From NCBI GenBank assembly GCA_965153355.1, contig OZ231126.1, forward strand, positions 30,318,001 through 30,382,000: a stretch of 64,000 nucleotides of DNA, written 5' to 3'. The notes below the pieces were generated by a model. That model did no database searches and was not told the origin of the DNA. It worked only from the letters and a program-made list of their open reading frames with translations. This stretch comes from Flaccisagitta enflata. Its lineage: Eukaryota. The position numbers were made by a program, and so were the translations under genes. The number at the start of each line of letters is the position of its first letter. The stretch's first letter is position 1. This document shows, piece after piece, positions 12,665 to 27,446 of the stretch.

Positions 12665-13610
12665 AAATCCCAAGTGAATGTGTCCGCACGTTCCGTCATT
12701 ACTTTTGTAAGTGACACATGTATTAGATTTCTCATTTTGCATGAAATTCGTGAGTTTCGACTTAATTCGCTATTTAAGCCATGCCTTAAAGTTTACTGGA
12801 TTGGGCTGAACTTTTCTCTCTCAAAAAAAGGTCGCACCTGGCCTGATCTGGTCTTAAGTGAAGTTGTGTTCTTTTTTTCCTTTTCTCACGTTTTTCGTGT
12901 TCATTCCATGTTTAAGAGTTGAAAAGTGTCACCGATCGTTACTAACGGTAACAAGCGTCAAATACCCCCCAGGTACAAATACAGATCTCTGTCTCTCTCT
13001 GACTGTCTCTTTCTCTCTCTTTCTCTCTATGTCGCTCTTTCTCTCTCTATGTCTCTGTCACTGTCTTTATCTTTCTCTCTGTGTCTGTTATTCTCTCTAT
13101 GTCTCTGTCTGTATGTATGTATGTCTGTCTGTCTCTCATGAAAAATTTCATAATTAGCTCTGCCAAACCTTCTCATAGCCACGAACTGAAGGCTAAAACT
13201 TTGACAATTGGGACCCCCCCCCCCTTCTGAACAAAGCCAGCGTTGGCTGAACAAATGCCTATTGAATGGGTTGTGTCGGGTAAGACATGTGACTATCCAT
13301 TGCTCGACGCACTCATTTAAGTTCATTAACCACCAAATGGTTTCTTTGGCCTACTTGCCTCTTTTAAAAACTGAAGAGCTCCTCCCTTAAAAGGATATTT
13401 GTAGGGAGAATAACACACGCATTAGAGAGGCACCGTTGAAAAAGCAAATGGTTTCTTGTCCTGTTATTTACCTTTGTTGGTCTAGATGTTATCTTTCCAG
13501 CAGTCTGTCAATTTCTTTATTGGTTCACAATTATGTTGTTTGGATTTTCCTCCAAGTTTTCCTCGGTTCTCAGTCTCTACCTGTCTTACTGTCTGTCTAT
13601 CTGTCTGTGT

Positions 13611-13710
<100 letters not shown>

Positions 13711-14086
13711 CTCTCTCTCCCCTCTTACAAACACGCACACACAGTCACACACTCCTATCATATAACTTGACAAGATCGCGGCATAAATTAATGAAAAAGT
13801 GTCCCCAGTGTCATATTCAGTCATTAAGTTCATTGAAAACCTGAGAAACGCACTTCTTCATCTCATCTTCAACTCAACTTCATTCCTTCTTCTTCATTCC
13901 TTCCCCATCTTCACCCAGGTTATGTTTCCTTTTGGACTTGAGGTTGAGGGGCCCAAGGGTGGAAGGACCCATTACAACACTTGAGGCTCGAGACTCGAAG
14001 GGCTGGAGGGGACAAAAAGAAGCCCCAGGCTACAACTGGTCGCTCGACTACATCCATCTTCATGTATACAAGCTGGGAAACAGAAA

Positions 14087-14201
<115 letters not shown>

Positions 14202-14260
14202 TGACAAGCAGAGGCGGCGACGGAGAAAGACACAGAGAGGGATACAATGAGAGAAACAGA

Positions 14261-14431
14261 AACAAGGCCGGATACACGGCCAATACCAGTCGCGGACGGG
14301 TGGGCAGGGACGGAAATGCGTGTTTTCCCACTTTTAGACTCGAGCGTGACGGACCAACCGACGGACCGACCGACGGACCGACCGACGGACGGACAAAGCC
14401 TCTTATAGAGTCGCTTGTCCGCGACTAAAAA
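14261..14431 (-). mobile_element. HINE family A/A2-type
   Basis: aacaaggccggatacacggcc ... gagtcgcttgtccgcgactaaaaa. Confidence 0.85.
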
Positions 14432-14661
14432 CTGAGTTACAAAGACAGAAAGTCCTCAAAAAAGGGCTGAAAGAGGCACAGAAACAGAAAAAACAGACCC
14501 GATAAAAGAGGATCACAAATAAACAAGGCCGGATACACGGCAATCCAGTCGCGGACGGTTTGACAGAGGCGGTAAGGTTGGGAGTGACTCGGGTTTTCAA
14601 TCACCACCGATTTTCGGCGATTTTTCCTTTCCACCACCGTTTTTTCCGTTTTTTTCAGTGA

Positions 14662-14877
14662 TTTTTAGAAGCGGACACGCACTTCTATAAGAGGCTTTGT
14701 CTGTCCATTGGTCTGTTGGTCACACTCATGTTAAAAATGCGAAATTGTGCATTTATGATGATACAGCTGTGAATGTTAGTGTGTGTGAGTAAGCATGGGG
14801 TGGGAGAGGGTATGAATGAGGGTTGCATGCCCCTGCCCACCCATCCACAATGATATAGTGACCCCGCATCACTTGTT
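14662..14877 (+). mobile_element. HINE family D (AGAAGCGGACACGCACTTCT hairpin)
   Basis: TTTTT-agaagcggacacgcacttct-ataagaggc ... gcccctgcccaccc ... hairpin gtga-ccccgca-tcac, TTGTT. Confidence 0.7.
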
Positions 14878-16057
14878 ATACTGCAGCATCCCCCATTAAT
14901 TTCTAGCTAAAACTGATCAACAAAGTGTATGTTGTGCACAATCCTTTAGCCTGTTTCCACACACTCTGACACCATGGTCTAAAGATAAGAAAAAAGAATT
15001 TCATAATTGTCTTAGTGTATACACTGTATGTCTCTTGCACTGTTTCTTGATGTCAGTCTGCCTCTCTCTCTCCCTCTTCCCCCCCTCTCTCTTTCTTCTT
15101 TGTTTTCTTCTTTCTTTTCTTTCTCCTCTTTAGTCTTCAATCTGTTATCTTTATTTTCTTTACTATTGGGAATGCTGAGATTGATAGAATGGAAGTGCAC
15201 GACAAATAAAAACAGTAGAAATGATAAAAATGAATAAGAACTATGCATGCATCATAAACTTTGAACAGTGTTGGCATTATTCCAGATACATGGCCTATAA
15301 GTACAGAAGGAACCATTACAAGAGGTGTGGTGGGACTAAAATTGAAGCACCCCCCTTACAGTTCACAGTACTGCTTATATTTCTTTATTTTTGGTAGTGG
15401 TTTATACCTTAAATGAATATAAATTCTTTCACTGAGGTGATTTTTGAAATTCCACTGAAAACCTTTCCAAATTCTTAATTTTTCCTATTTCTAAAGCTTT
15501 TAAAAACAAAGTCATTAGATCTAAGTCGCGTACGTTGGCACTTTCAAAAAAAGGCAGGCGGACAGGCAGGCAATTTTTTTTTCTTTAAAAAACCATTTGA
15601 CATGGTTCTTTACTCCACAAAGACATAAAAAATGCTTTAAAACACCTTTAAAACAGTTTTGTGACGGACAAACCAACCAACTGACTGACGGACTGACCAA
15701 CTGAAAAGTGGCTTATAAAGTCGCGTAGCACGCAACTAAAAACCCTAAATTTTAGTGTGTAAAGGTCAATTATGGAAATTCTAGAGGAAGTCTCAATAAA
15801 AGCCTGGATGAAAAAAAATTGTCTTCACTTAAGATATAAACCGCTTAGATTAGAGGAAGAGAAGCAATAGCATGGGCTTTGAAGAGGGGTGCTAAAACAT
15901 TTGGTCTCTCCACAACTCTCATAATGGTTCCTTCTGTAGTCGCTTGCAGGTGGGCAGGGGCAGTAATGTAGATGGGCAGGCGTGGACAGGGGCTGTATTG
16001 TGGCATGGCAGGGGCAGTAATGCTGAAAATCCCTTTTCTGCTCAATTTTGCATCACC

Positions 16058-16299
16058 TTCATGAAGCAAAAACATCAGTTTTGGGTTCACATACATTTAT
16101 TGGTGGAAAATAGTCTAAATTTTCGAGTAATTTAGCTTACTCATAATTCATAGACAAGGAAAGACAGAAAGAGACAGATCTGTCTCTTTCTGTCTTTCCT
16201 TGTCTATGAATTATGAGTAAGCTAAATTACTCGAAAATTTAGACTATTTTCCACCAATAAATGTATGTGAACCCAAAACTGATGTTTTTGCTTCATGAA
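16058..16299. repeat. Perfect 242-bp palindrome (121-bp arms, no spacer)
   Basis: Arms compared base by base; centre ACAGA|TCTGT at 16178/16179. Confidence 0.97.
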
Positions 16300-16689
16300 T
16301 GCTAATTCACCATACATATGATGTCTCTGAAAGACTGCATCACCTTGATTTTAGCATTCCAACCAGGCAACAAAAAAGACGCGCTGAGTGAAACTGGGAT
16401 GAGGTACTGTTTCATTTTACTATAGTAACCACTGAATCACGGATTTATGGTTTTTTTTTTTCTTTTTTTTTTTTGAAAATCGGAAATATTGTCCCAGCCT
16501 ATGCGCATTTCCCTCTGCATGACGGCATAAAATGCGATGAAAAGAGCAGCTTGGGGATGGATGGGAAAAACGGTGAAAAACCGAAAATCCAAATCACTGA
16601 ATCAGTGAAAATTGGCAATCACTCCACTGTTTTTTTTATGGTAATCACTGATCCTCAACCTTAAGAGGCAAAAGAAACCGCTCGAATTC

Positions 16690-16975
16690 AATAAGGCCGG
16701 ATACACGGCTACCCCAGTCGCGTGCGGGTGGGCAGGGGCCGTATTTGAGGTCACTTGATCACTTGGGCAGGAGCAGTGAGGCCAAAGACTGCAAAAAAAA
16801 ACAAAAAAAAGTAAAAGTGTGACGGACCAACGGACGGACGGACGTACCGACAAAGCGGGATGTAGAGTCGCGTAGCACGCGACTAAAAATGTGACGGACC
16901 AACGGACCGACCTACCGACCTACCGACCGACCGACACGGAAAGGTGTAGAGTCGCGTGTGCGCGACTAAAAAAGA
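16690..16975 (-). mobile_element. HINE family A full copy (16690-16889) abutting a second 5'-end fragment
   Basis: Two successive gtgtagagtcgcgt..cgcgactaaaaa termini. Confidence 0.85.
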
Positions 16976-17381
16976 AAAAAAAAAAGAAAACTAAGATCAC
17001 CGCATACAACAAGCATCGAGCTTAGACGCACAGCTATAGGAATGGCTGAAATGTTCCAGATAGGATCTGGCCTATCCGTGTATGGTTCACGGGAGTGTTA
17101 GACAATTAAAAAGTTAGAGTGTTAGAGTGTTAGAGTGTTAGAGTGTTGGACTGTTAGACTGTTTGACTGTTAGAGTTGGGAGAGTGTCAGAGATGACAAA
17201 ATGAGAGAAAGAAGACGTGGCTCATGGTGGGACAGAAGCGGATAGATATACGGACGGCTTGATAGAGAAAAACATTCAGTCGGAGATAGAGAGGATTTTG
17301 AAGACGACAAATGCCCGCAGGGTACATCTTCGGAAGGTGGAACGAGCGCAGCAGAAGGAGAACCCCGCGGGGCATTAAGGG

Positions 17382-17474
<93 letters not shown>

Positions 17475-17676
17475 GGTACAGAAAAAGGCTGCTGCGCTTA
17501 AGGAATCCCGATAAAGCCTGAGGCTAAAGGCTCTCGGGTCTCGCGCGGGAATCTGAGGCCCTGACAGAACACTCGGCCAAGAAAGTTAATTAGGGATATA
17601 CCGTGAGAGAGAGAAAATGAGGAATGAAAGAGGGAGAGACAGGGAGGGAGAATGTTAGGGAGGAAGAAACAAAGAG

Positions 17677-18491
<815 letters not shown>

Positions 18492-19024
18492 GACAAGTGA
18501 ACAAAGCAAGTGACCCGAAAGATAGTGAAAGTGAGAGTAATGAAAATGAAGGTTCTCGTCATTTTTCCGAGCTTCTGGTTTTTGTGACAGACGCGCCAAA
18601 ATTAACTCACAGTAAAAACATGAAATTCGTTTTTATGGCCCTAATAAATTTTTGCGAGATATGGATTTTTGGAAGAACTTTCACTATTCTCTCTCGCTTT
18701 CTCTTTCTCTCTCTCTCTCTCTGGGATGAGGGGAAATAAAGCAAAGATGGATGAATCTCTCATCTTTTTAAAAGAAGAAAAAATCTCTAAAGGAAGAAAA
18801 GAATGAAGAAGTAATAAATAAAAACGACGTGAATTCTACTTTTTTCATTTAGTTAAAAAGATAACTTTTCCTTTATTATCTTCTCCCCCCCCCACCATAT
18901 TTCTTTATCCCTGTCCCTCCTCCGCCGTCTTTTCAGAGTGTCACAGACATAAAATTTGGAATGAATTATCATCTAATTGAGCAAAATAGAAAAAGAAAAA
19001 CTTTTATATTTTTGAAAGGACGTC

Positions 19025-19285
19025 GACAACCGAAATGATAACAACTCCCGAAAATGACAACCGAAATGATAACAACTCCCGAAAATGACAACTGAAATGA
19101 TAACAACCCTTTGAGTGACAACAAGATGTAGACAGCAGTCCCTGGGATGACAACGAGATGGATGACAACCTTAAGAATGATTACTGTTATAACAACCTCA
19201 TGAATGACAACTGGTTGTAGATAGCAGTCCTTTTGATGACAATTAGATAGATGACAATTTACATAATGACAACTGAAATGACAAA
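19025..19285. repeat. Degenerate GACAAC-rich minisatellite (31-bp unit at its start)
   Basis: gacaaccgaaatgataacaactcccgaaaat repeated, then decaying. Confidence 0.75.
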
Positions 19286-20408
19286 GAAGTTAATTTGCCT
19301 TCCTTACATCCATGGACATTGGACAATGATGAGAATTGAGAAGAACCAAAAAAGGAGAGAATTGATGAAATTAAAAGGAGGGTCCGGAAAAATTGTTTAC
19401 GTTAGGAATTGAGCCGACGAAAAATTTGGAGGAGAAAAATAAACTCAATTGGATTTGAAAAGAGTTTTGAATGAGATAGAAAAGAGGAAAAGATAGAGAT
19501 ATAGGAAATAAAGGCAAATGAGAAGGAGTTAAAGACAAAGGAAACAAAGGCAAATGAGATGAAGATAGAGACATAAGAAATTAGGGCAAAAGATACAAAG
19601 ATAGAGACATAAGAAATAAAGGCAAATGAGACAAGGAAAGAAACATATAATTAATGAGCAATGAATGAGCTTGAAAAGGCGATCAACCTGAAGCAAAGAA
19701 AATAACATTTTCGGGTTCATTTAGACATTAACTTGATAAAGTGGGTCAGAAGAAAAAAAAGAAGAGAGTTGGTAAAAGATACACGGCAATTCGGTAAGAA
19801 TAAGATTGAGAAAGCTGACTGGATACACCATAAATCATACCCAGTAGTATAATCAAACGCAAGTGGGCACCGGCAGGGGCGGTTGTGTGATGAAAGTGCA
19901 AATGAGTGACCAACTATCGACTAAGTGATAGGTCGCGAACGAACACCCGTGCAAGCAAAGCCAATTTCACGGCACTGCGAGAGCTAAGATTGAACTTTCG
20001 CCACGTCGCCACGTCGCCACGTCGCTACGTCAGGGCGCCGTCAGACGTCAAGACAAGGTGCTTCAAAGGCCTGGATATGACTCTGCTTGCGGTTGATACA
20101 TGTCGCCATAAGAGCCCAGATATGACATTGCTTAGGATCGAGACATAAGAGCTGAGATATGACACTGCTTAGGATTGAGACACGTCACCCAGATAAGCTG
20201 TCGTGAGGGCTAAGAAACGCCATGGAAGCCGGGACATGGCAGTGCGAGACTCGTGACTATCAGACGTGTTGCTTGTGGCACTGTGGAAGGAATGGCACCT
20301 TGAGAGTTGAGGCATGGCGCTATGAAGCCGGTGCGGCGGTACCGATGAAGGAAATGGCGCCACCGAACTGGATTTGGGATATGGCGCCATAAGGCCGATA
20401 TCGGATGA

Positions 20409-20857
20409 CAAGTCATCCAAGGATCGCACATGGCCAGCGGTACCCGATGCCCTGCTTGGAGTGATATCTGAAGAAGTGGAGTGAGCAGGGCAGCGGCCCC
20501 AAAGGGCCGATGTCCTGTAGGACACAGAGGTGAATTTCCATACGTCCTGAGAGAGCATATTTGAGGCTTGAGGAGCAATTTTCCATAATATTCAATGGGA
20601 GTTTTGCATTTGTTTTCAATTTCTCATCAGTTTACCATGTTATTTAATAGGAATTTCACATTTTTTTCAATTTCCATCAATTTTCTATACTATTCAATGG
20701 GAAGTTGGCATCTTATCAGTTTACCATGTTATTCAATGGGAATTTGAGGCTTGAAATGTTTTTGGGAGGGGGGGATGGACGGACGGAAAGACGGATGTAT
20801 GGAAATTCACCCCTGTGTCCTACAGGACATCGGCCCTTTGGGGCCGCTGCCCAAAAA
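20409..20857 (-). mobile_element. HINE-like family C
   Basis: Asymmetric inverted repeats GGGCAGCGGCCCCAAAGGGCCGATGTCCTGTAGGACAC, with a ~80-bp tail beyond one IR and a T-run at the other end. Confidence 0.75.
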
Positions 20858-21245
20858 GGAATGGCGGTGCAATATTGAGGACATGGCGCCATGAGGCCGA
20901 TACGGCAGAGCCCGGTGGCACCGAAAAAAGGCTGGCGCCTCGAGGCTGGTACTCGATGAATTTGCGCAGCAGAGGCCAAAAAGCTCCGCAAGGGAAATGG
21001 GAAATTGGTCTAGGATTTCAACAGATTAACCTAAATAAGGAACATGGCAAATACGCAATTTGAGACGGGGAAAAAAGCACCACAGGCCAAAAACGATGTA
21101 TGACTAAGAATTGAATATGAAGGAGAGGAGAGGAGATGCATGATGGCCCGGTGGGAAGGTTGGAGAGGCAAAGAGGTACGGAGATGAGGCATACAACAGA
21201 AAAACTAGATGGTGCCGCAGAAGCAAAAAGAGAATAAAACGAGGT

Positions 21246-21874
<629 letters not shown>

Positions 21875-21882
21875 TAAAAGAT

Positions 21883-22088
<206 letters not shown>

Positions 22089-22254
22089 GGAGTGATGGCG
22101 GCGAACATATGAGGAATCAAAACCAAATAAGACATGAAATATGAATAGAGAAGATGACGGCGGCGAAGCGCATAAAAAATGGACGGAATAACACACATGA
22201 AGAGATAAGAAAGACGAACGCGCGCGCGTCGGAGAAAGCGAGCGAGAGTGACAA

Positions 22255-23205
22255 CACTGATTGTGAAAATTGAGAGAGAGAGAACTGTGATTTTGTAGCA
22301 GAAATGAGGTATGAATTGAGGAAATGACGGCAGATGGAGAAAACCTGATAAGGAAGGACGCACGCAAGAGAATAAACAACACTTCTGATTGTGAATTGAG
22401 AACGACAAAACGAGATATTGTCGCAGAAATGAGTTTGAATTGAGGAAATGACAGCAGTTGGTGAAAAAAGAAACACAAAGCAATTAGGATGAACTCACAC
22501 GATAGAGTAGATGTCAACTGATTGTGAATTGACAGAAAAAACGGAGATATTGTAGCAGAATTGAGGTATGAATTGAGGAAATTACAGCAGATGGAGAAGA
22601 ACACGAAGTGATAAGGATGAACGCACGCAAGAGAATGAACAATACTTCTGATTGTGAATTGAGAGAGAAAAATGAGATATTGTAGCAGAAATGAGGTATG
22701 AATTGAGGAAATGACAGCAGATGGAGAAAACCTGATAAGGAAGGACGCACGCAAGAGAATAAACGACACTTCTGATTATGAATTGAGAGAGACAAAACAA
22801 GATATTGTCGCAGAAATGAGTATGAATTGAGGAAATGACAGCAGTTGGTGAGAAAAAAAACATAAAGCGATTAGGATGAACGCACACGATGGAATAGATG
22901 TCAACTGATTGTGAATTGACAGAAAAAACTGAGATATTGTAGCAGAAATAAGGTATGAATAGAGGAAATGACAACAGATGGAGAAAAACACAAAGTGATG
23001 AACGCACGCAAGGGAATGAACAACACTTCTGATTGTGAATTGAGAGAGAAAACTGAGATATTGTCGCAGAAATGAGGTATGAATTGAGGGAATGACGGCG
23101 GACGGAGAAACACAAAGAGCGATACGGACAAATGCGCGCAAGAGAGAGAATGACAACTGCGATTGTGAATTGAAAGGAAAAACTGAGACGTTGTCGCAGA
23201 AACAC
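22255..23205. repeat. ~129-bp tandem repeat (~7.5 units) with ~387-bp trimeric higher-order periodicity
   Basis: gattgtgaattga recurs every 124-133 bp; variant motifs cctgataaggaagg (~22344, ~22731) and gcagttggtg (~22453, ~22841) recur at ~387 bp. Confidence 0.9.
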
Positions 23206-23395
23206 TATCGCGCGCGACCAGGCGTTAACGCAAGGTGGTGGAGGAGAATGAGAAGGAAGAAGAGGAGGAGGAAGAGGAAGATGAAGAGGAGGAAGAAGAA
23301 GAAGATGATGACGAAGGGGCGGAAGAGACAAATACAGGGCCAAGGGTAAGCTATGATGGAGGAAGAAGGTGGGCAGGTGAAGGGTAGGTAAGAGT

Positions 23396-24005
23396 AACAG
23401 GTCGCCCAAGGGCAATATGTGGTCAGCGATACCCGTTGCCCTGCTCTGCATGATTGTGTGTTGGAGTGAGAGGAAGCAGGGCAGCGGCCCCAAAGGGGAC
23501 AAAGTCCAGTAGAACGCAGGGGGACATTTGTTCGTCCATCCGTCTGTCCAACCCCCTCAGGCCCTCTCAGGCCTGAAATCTGCCCTCTCAGGCCTGAAAT
23601 CTGCTCTCTCAGACCTGAAATCCACCCTCTCAGGCCTGAAATCTGCCCTAACAGGCCTTGAATCTGTGAGGGCTGATTTCAGGCCTCAGAGAACAGATTT
23701 CAGGCCTGAGAGGGCAGATTTCAGGCCTGAGGGGCAGAAACAAGGCCTGAGAGGGCAAATTTCAGGCCTGAAAGGATAAATTTCAGGACTGAGAGGGCAG
23801 ATTTCAGGCCTGAGAGGGCAAATTCCAGGCCTGAGAGGGCAAATTTCAGGCCTGAGAGGGTTAATTTCAGGCCTGAGAGGGCAGATTTCAGGCCTGAGAG
23901 GGCCTGGGGGGGACAAAAGGACGAACAAATGGACAAACAGACAGATGAACGAAAGTCTCCCTGAGTTCTACAGGACTTCGTCCCCTTCGGGGCCGTTGCC
24001 CAAAA
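23396..24005 (-). mobile_element. HINE-like family C with a 21-bp array in two opposed orientations
   Basis: IRs GGGCAGCGGCCCC; (caggcctgaaatctgccctct)n followed by its reverse complement (gagagggcagatttcaggcct)n. Confidence 0.8.
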
Positions 24006-25439
24006 GAGGTTGGGCAATGTGGGAGCTATCAAGTATCATGGCCCCATGAATACATGGCTGAGCCTGGCCAGGCACAGTGGGTAGGGGCAACGATGTAGAA
24101 GTCAGTTCGCCCGCTGTGCAGGTAACAGTGACGAACAGTGAAAGGCAATCGACGGACCCACCAACTGACTGAAGAGGTAGGGATTAAAGGCATGAGCGAG
24201 ATATTGAGTAAGTAATGGAGTATAAATGAACATTGAATAAACAGTGGTAGAAGTAGAAATACAAAGGCAGGAAATGAAAGGGGAAAAAGATGCCCTTGAC
24301 GTGAAGTTTTTAAGAAAAATATGGTTACAAAGGAGGAACAACAAAAGAAGCAATAGAAGCAAGAGCAAGAGAACAAAAACTGCCGTTGAAAAAAAAAACA
24401 ACAAAAAGACAGATTATCAAGCTGACCTTTAAAGAGACTTGTACAAGTATTCTACATAAACTCGTAGAGTCACGTTCACATTACCTAAAAGCGACAAGTT
24501 TACATGGCTACGGAACGCCAGGACAGAACAAAAGAAACAAGGTCAACAAACCTTTATCGCGTAGTATCTAAGGTAATAAAGGAAATTAAGGTAATAAAGG
24601 AAATCAAGGTGATAAAGGTAATAATTAAGGTAATAGAGATAATCAAGGCACTAGTTACCAAAAAAACCTATCGTTATATCTATCTTAAGATATCTATCTT
24701 TTTATACCTTATTACTTTTATTACTTTTTATTAACTATAAATATCTATCATTACCTACAAATACATAATTACCTGTAATGACCTTTAGTTGCCTTAAATT
24801 ACCTTTTCATTAACTAAATGCCTAAAAAATGACGATAGAGCCTATATTTTGATTTGGTCACCGACCGACCGCCAGACCGACCGACCGACAGACCGACGTA
24901 GCAAGTTCTAGAGTCGCGTTCACGCGACGAAAAGAAAGACGTCACGAGGCTGTCAACTAAAGAGTAAAAGTGAGCACTAATAGTGAGATTTGAATAAAGC
25001 AGTGAGACAGCGCCTACTGGACTGCTAAAGGTTTGCGACGAAACACCATCACCACCGTGAGAGCGCTCAATTCTCTGCTGGTGACGGAGGTGACAACTAG
25101 AAAGCAAAGGAGAACAAAGTCAGGTTTGAATAACATTGCCACAGGTTGCAGCTCTCTCGCTCTCTTTTTATCTCTCTCTCTCTCTCTCACTCTCACTCTC
25201 TCTCTCTCTCTCTCTCTCTCTCCCGTTGCGTCGTTAAGATGTCAGCAGTCGTTATATCGAGTATTTGATGCGAGAAAAAAATGAAAACAAAAGGGTGAGT
25301 CTAAGGGAAGGTGGCGGGAGAGAATGAAAATTTGACGCTACCGAGAATTCTCTTTCTTTTTCAAAATCAGCGAAAAAGTGACGGTGAAGTGAAGTGCTCG
25401 CAACAAAAAATGTTTTCACACATCCAATGCACAAACACA

Positions 25440-25704
<265 letters not shown>

Positions 25705-25851
25705 GCGTAACGCTGTCGAGTAGCCTGAGGCTGTCACGTATGGAATGTCACTCAAATTCAAATTAATGAGAGAAAAAAGAATAATGAGAATTGAAAACAG
25801 ATGATTTCTCCCAGCTCAAAAGCCCTCCCATTCTAAACCTAAAAACATTCA

Positions 25852-25912
<61 letters not shown>

Positions 25913-26399
25913 GTCCCAGAGTCATACGCACACACTCACTCATTCGTTTTTCTTCATTTGTCTCTTTGATATGTATTTTTCTTTCATTCTCTTTCCTGTT
26001 TTCTTTTCCGTCTGTCCTTATGTCTTTCGTTCATTTTCTTTTTCTTTCTATCTTCCTTCTTTGCACCCTCGCTTATTTCATCAAAATATATCTTATGACA
26101 ATTTATCATATTAGCTCTCAAAATAATAAAACAAAATCTTAGACCATTTTGAAGATCTCCAATCTGGTATTTCTAACTTTATTCGTTTAGAAATGGCATA
26201 AAAAAGAGTGAAAACATTGCTATTTTCAGTTTTGCAATCCTATTGAAACAAGGCCAAGAGATGTCCAATAGATGCGCCCTCTTTAGATGTAAGATATTTT
26301 CATACAAATTATTAAGATATAAAGATATGAAGATGTATAATAGTATGAAAATATAAAGATTCAGAGATAAAGAGAAAAACATAAACTGATTCCTCTCTT

Positions 26400-27215
26400 C
26401 TCTCGCCCCCACGCCTCCCCCCCTCACGCCTCCCCCCCTCACGCCTCCCCACCCCCCCACACCTCCCCACCCCTACCCCCCCCTCACGCCTCCCCACCCC
26501 TACCCCCCACGCCTCCCCCCACGCCTCCCAACCCCTCCCCTCCACGCCTCCCCACCCCTTCCCCCGCCTCCCCCCGCCTCATCCTCATAAAGAGACATGA
26601 AGGGACTTGGAGAGACATGGAGAGATATGGAGAAACATGTAGAGATATGGAGAGACATGTAGAGACATGAGGAAACATAAGGAGACATAAGAGACATATA
26701 GAGACATGAAGAGATATATGAGACATACGAGACAAAAGAGACATAGAGACCTAAGAGATACAAGAGACATAAGAGATACAAGAGACATAATAGATATAAG
26801 AGATATAAGAGATACGAGATATAAGAGATATAAGAGGCATAAGAGACAAAGGAGACATATGAGACTATAGGAGACATAAGAGACATACAGGAGACATATA
26901 GGAGACAAAAGAGACAACGAGACATAAGAGACATAAGAGACATGAGAGACCTAAGATACATAAGAGAAATAAGAGACATAACAGATATAAGAGACATATA
27001 GGAGACATAGAGACATATAGGAGACAAAAGAGACAAAGAGACAAAAGAGATGAAAGAGATGAAAGAGACATAAGAAATATAAGAGACATGAAGAGAAATA
27101 AAGAGAAAACCTTAAAAATCGCATTTAAAAATTTTCGCATTTTGGACAGACAGACAGACCTACCTACCTACCAAGGGACACACCCTCTTATAGAGATGCG
27201 AGGACGCATCTAAAA
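26400..27215 (-). mobile_element. HINE family B with internal AGAGACATA-type and C-rich tandem repeats; duplicate at ~48830-49535
   Basis: cctcttatagagatgcgaggacgcatctaaaa (reverse of the family B 5' end), preceded by gaca/ctac microsatellite and ~9-bp repeats; 3' end not located. Confidence 0.65.
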
Positions 27216-27446
27216 AGAGTATTTTTGCAAAAAAGAGGTTCACTTTGGCAAGCTCTATCTCCTAAACAGTTTGAGATACAGACCTGGGGTCGGTCTGGAA
27301 TAAAAGAAAATTCAAAATTCTTTAAAATCAATTGAACAAATAAATTTTGAATTAATTTTTTGTGTCTCTTCTACTCAGGTTGTTTCCCTCTTCTCAGAGG
27401 AATATCACTCTCACAACGTGGCCATCAACATACAAGTCCTTTGAAG

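Noticed and set aside
17113..17175. (GTTAGAGT)n as an interstitial telomeric repeat
   Set aside because: The 8-bp unit matches neither TTAGG nor TTAGGG, and the tract is short and degenerate.
22255..23205. CRISPR-like periodicity (also 47440-48830, 32290-33360 and 33755-33980)
   Set aside because: The sequences between conserved motifs are homologous to each other rather than unique spacers; there are no cas genes and the context is eukaryotic.
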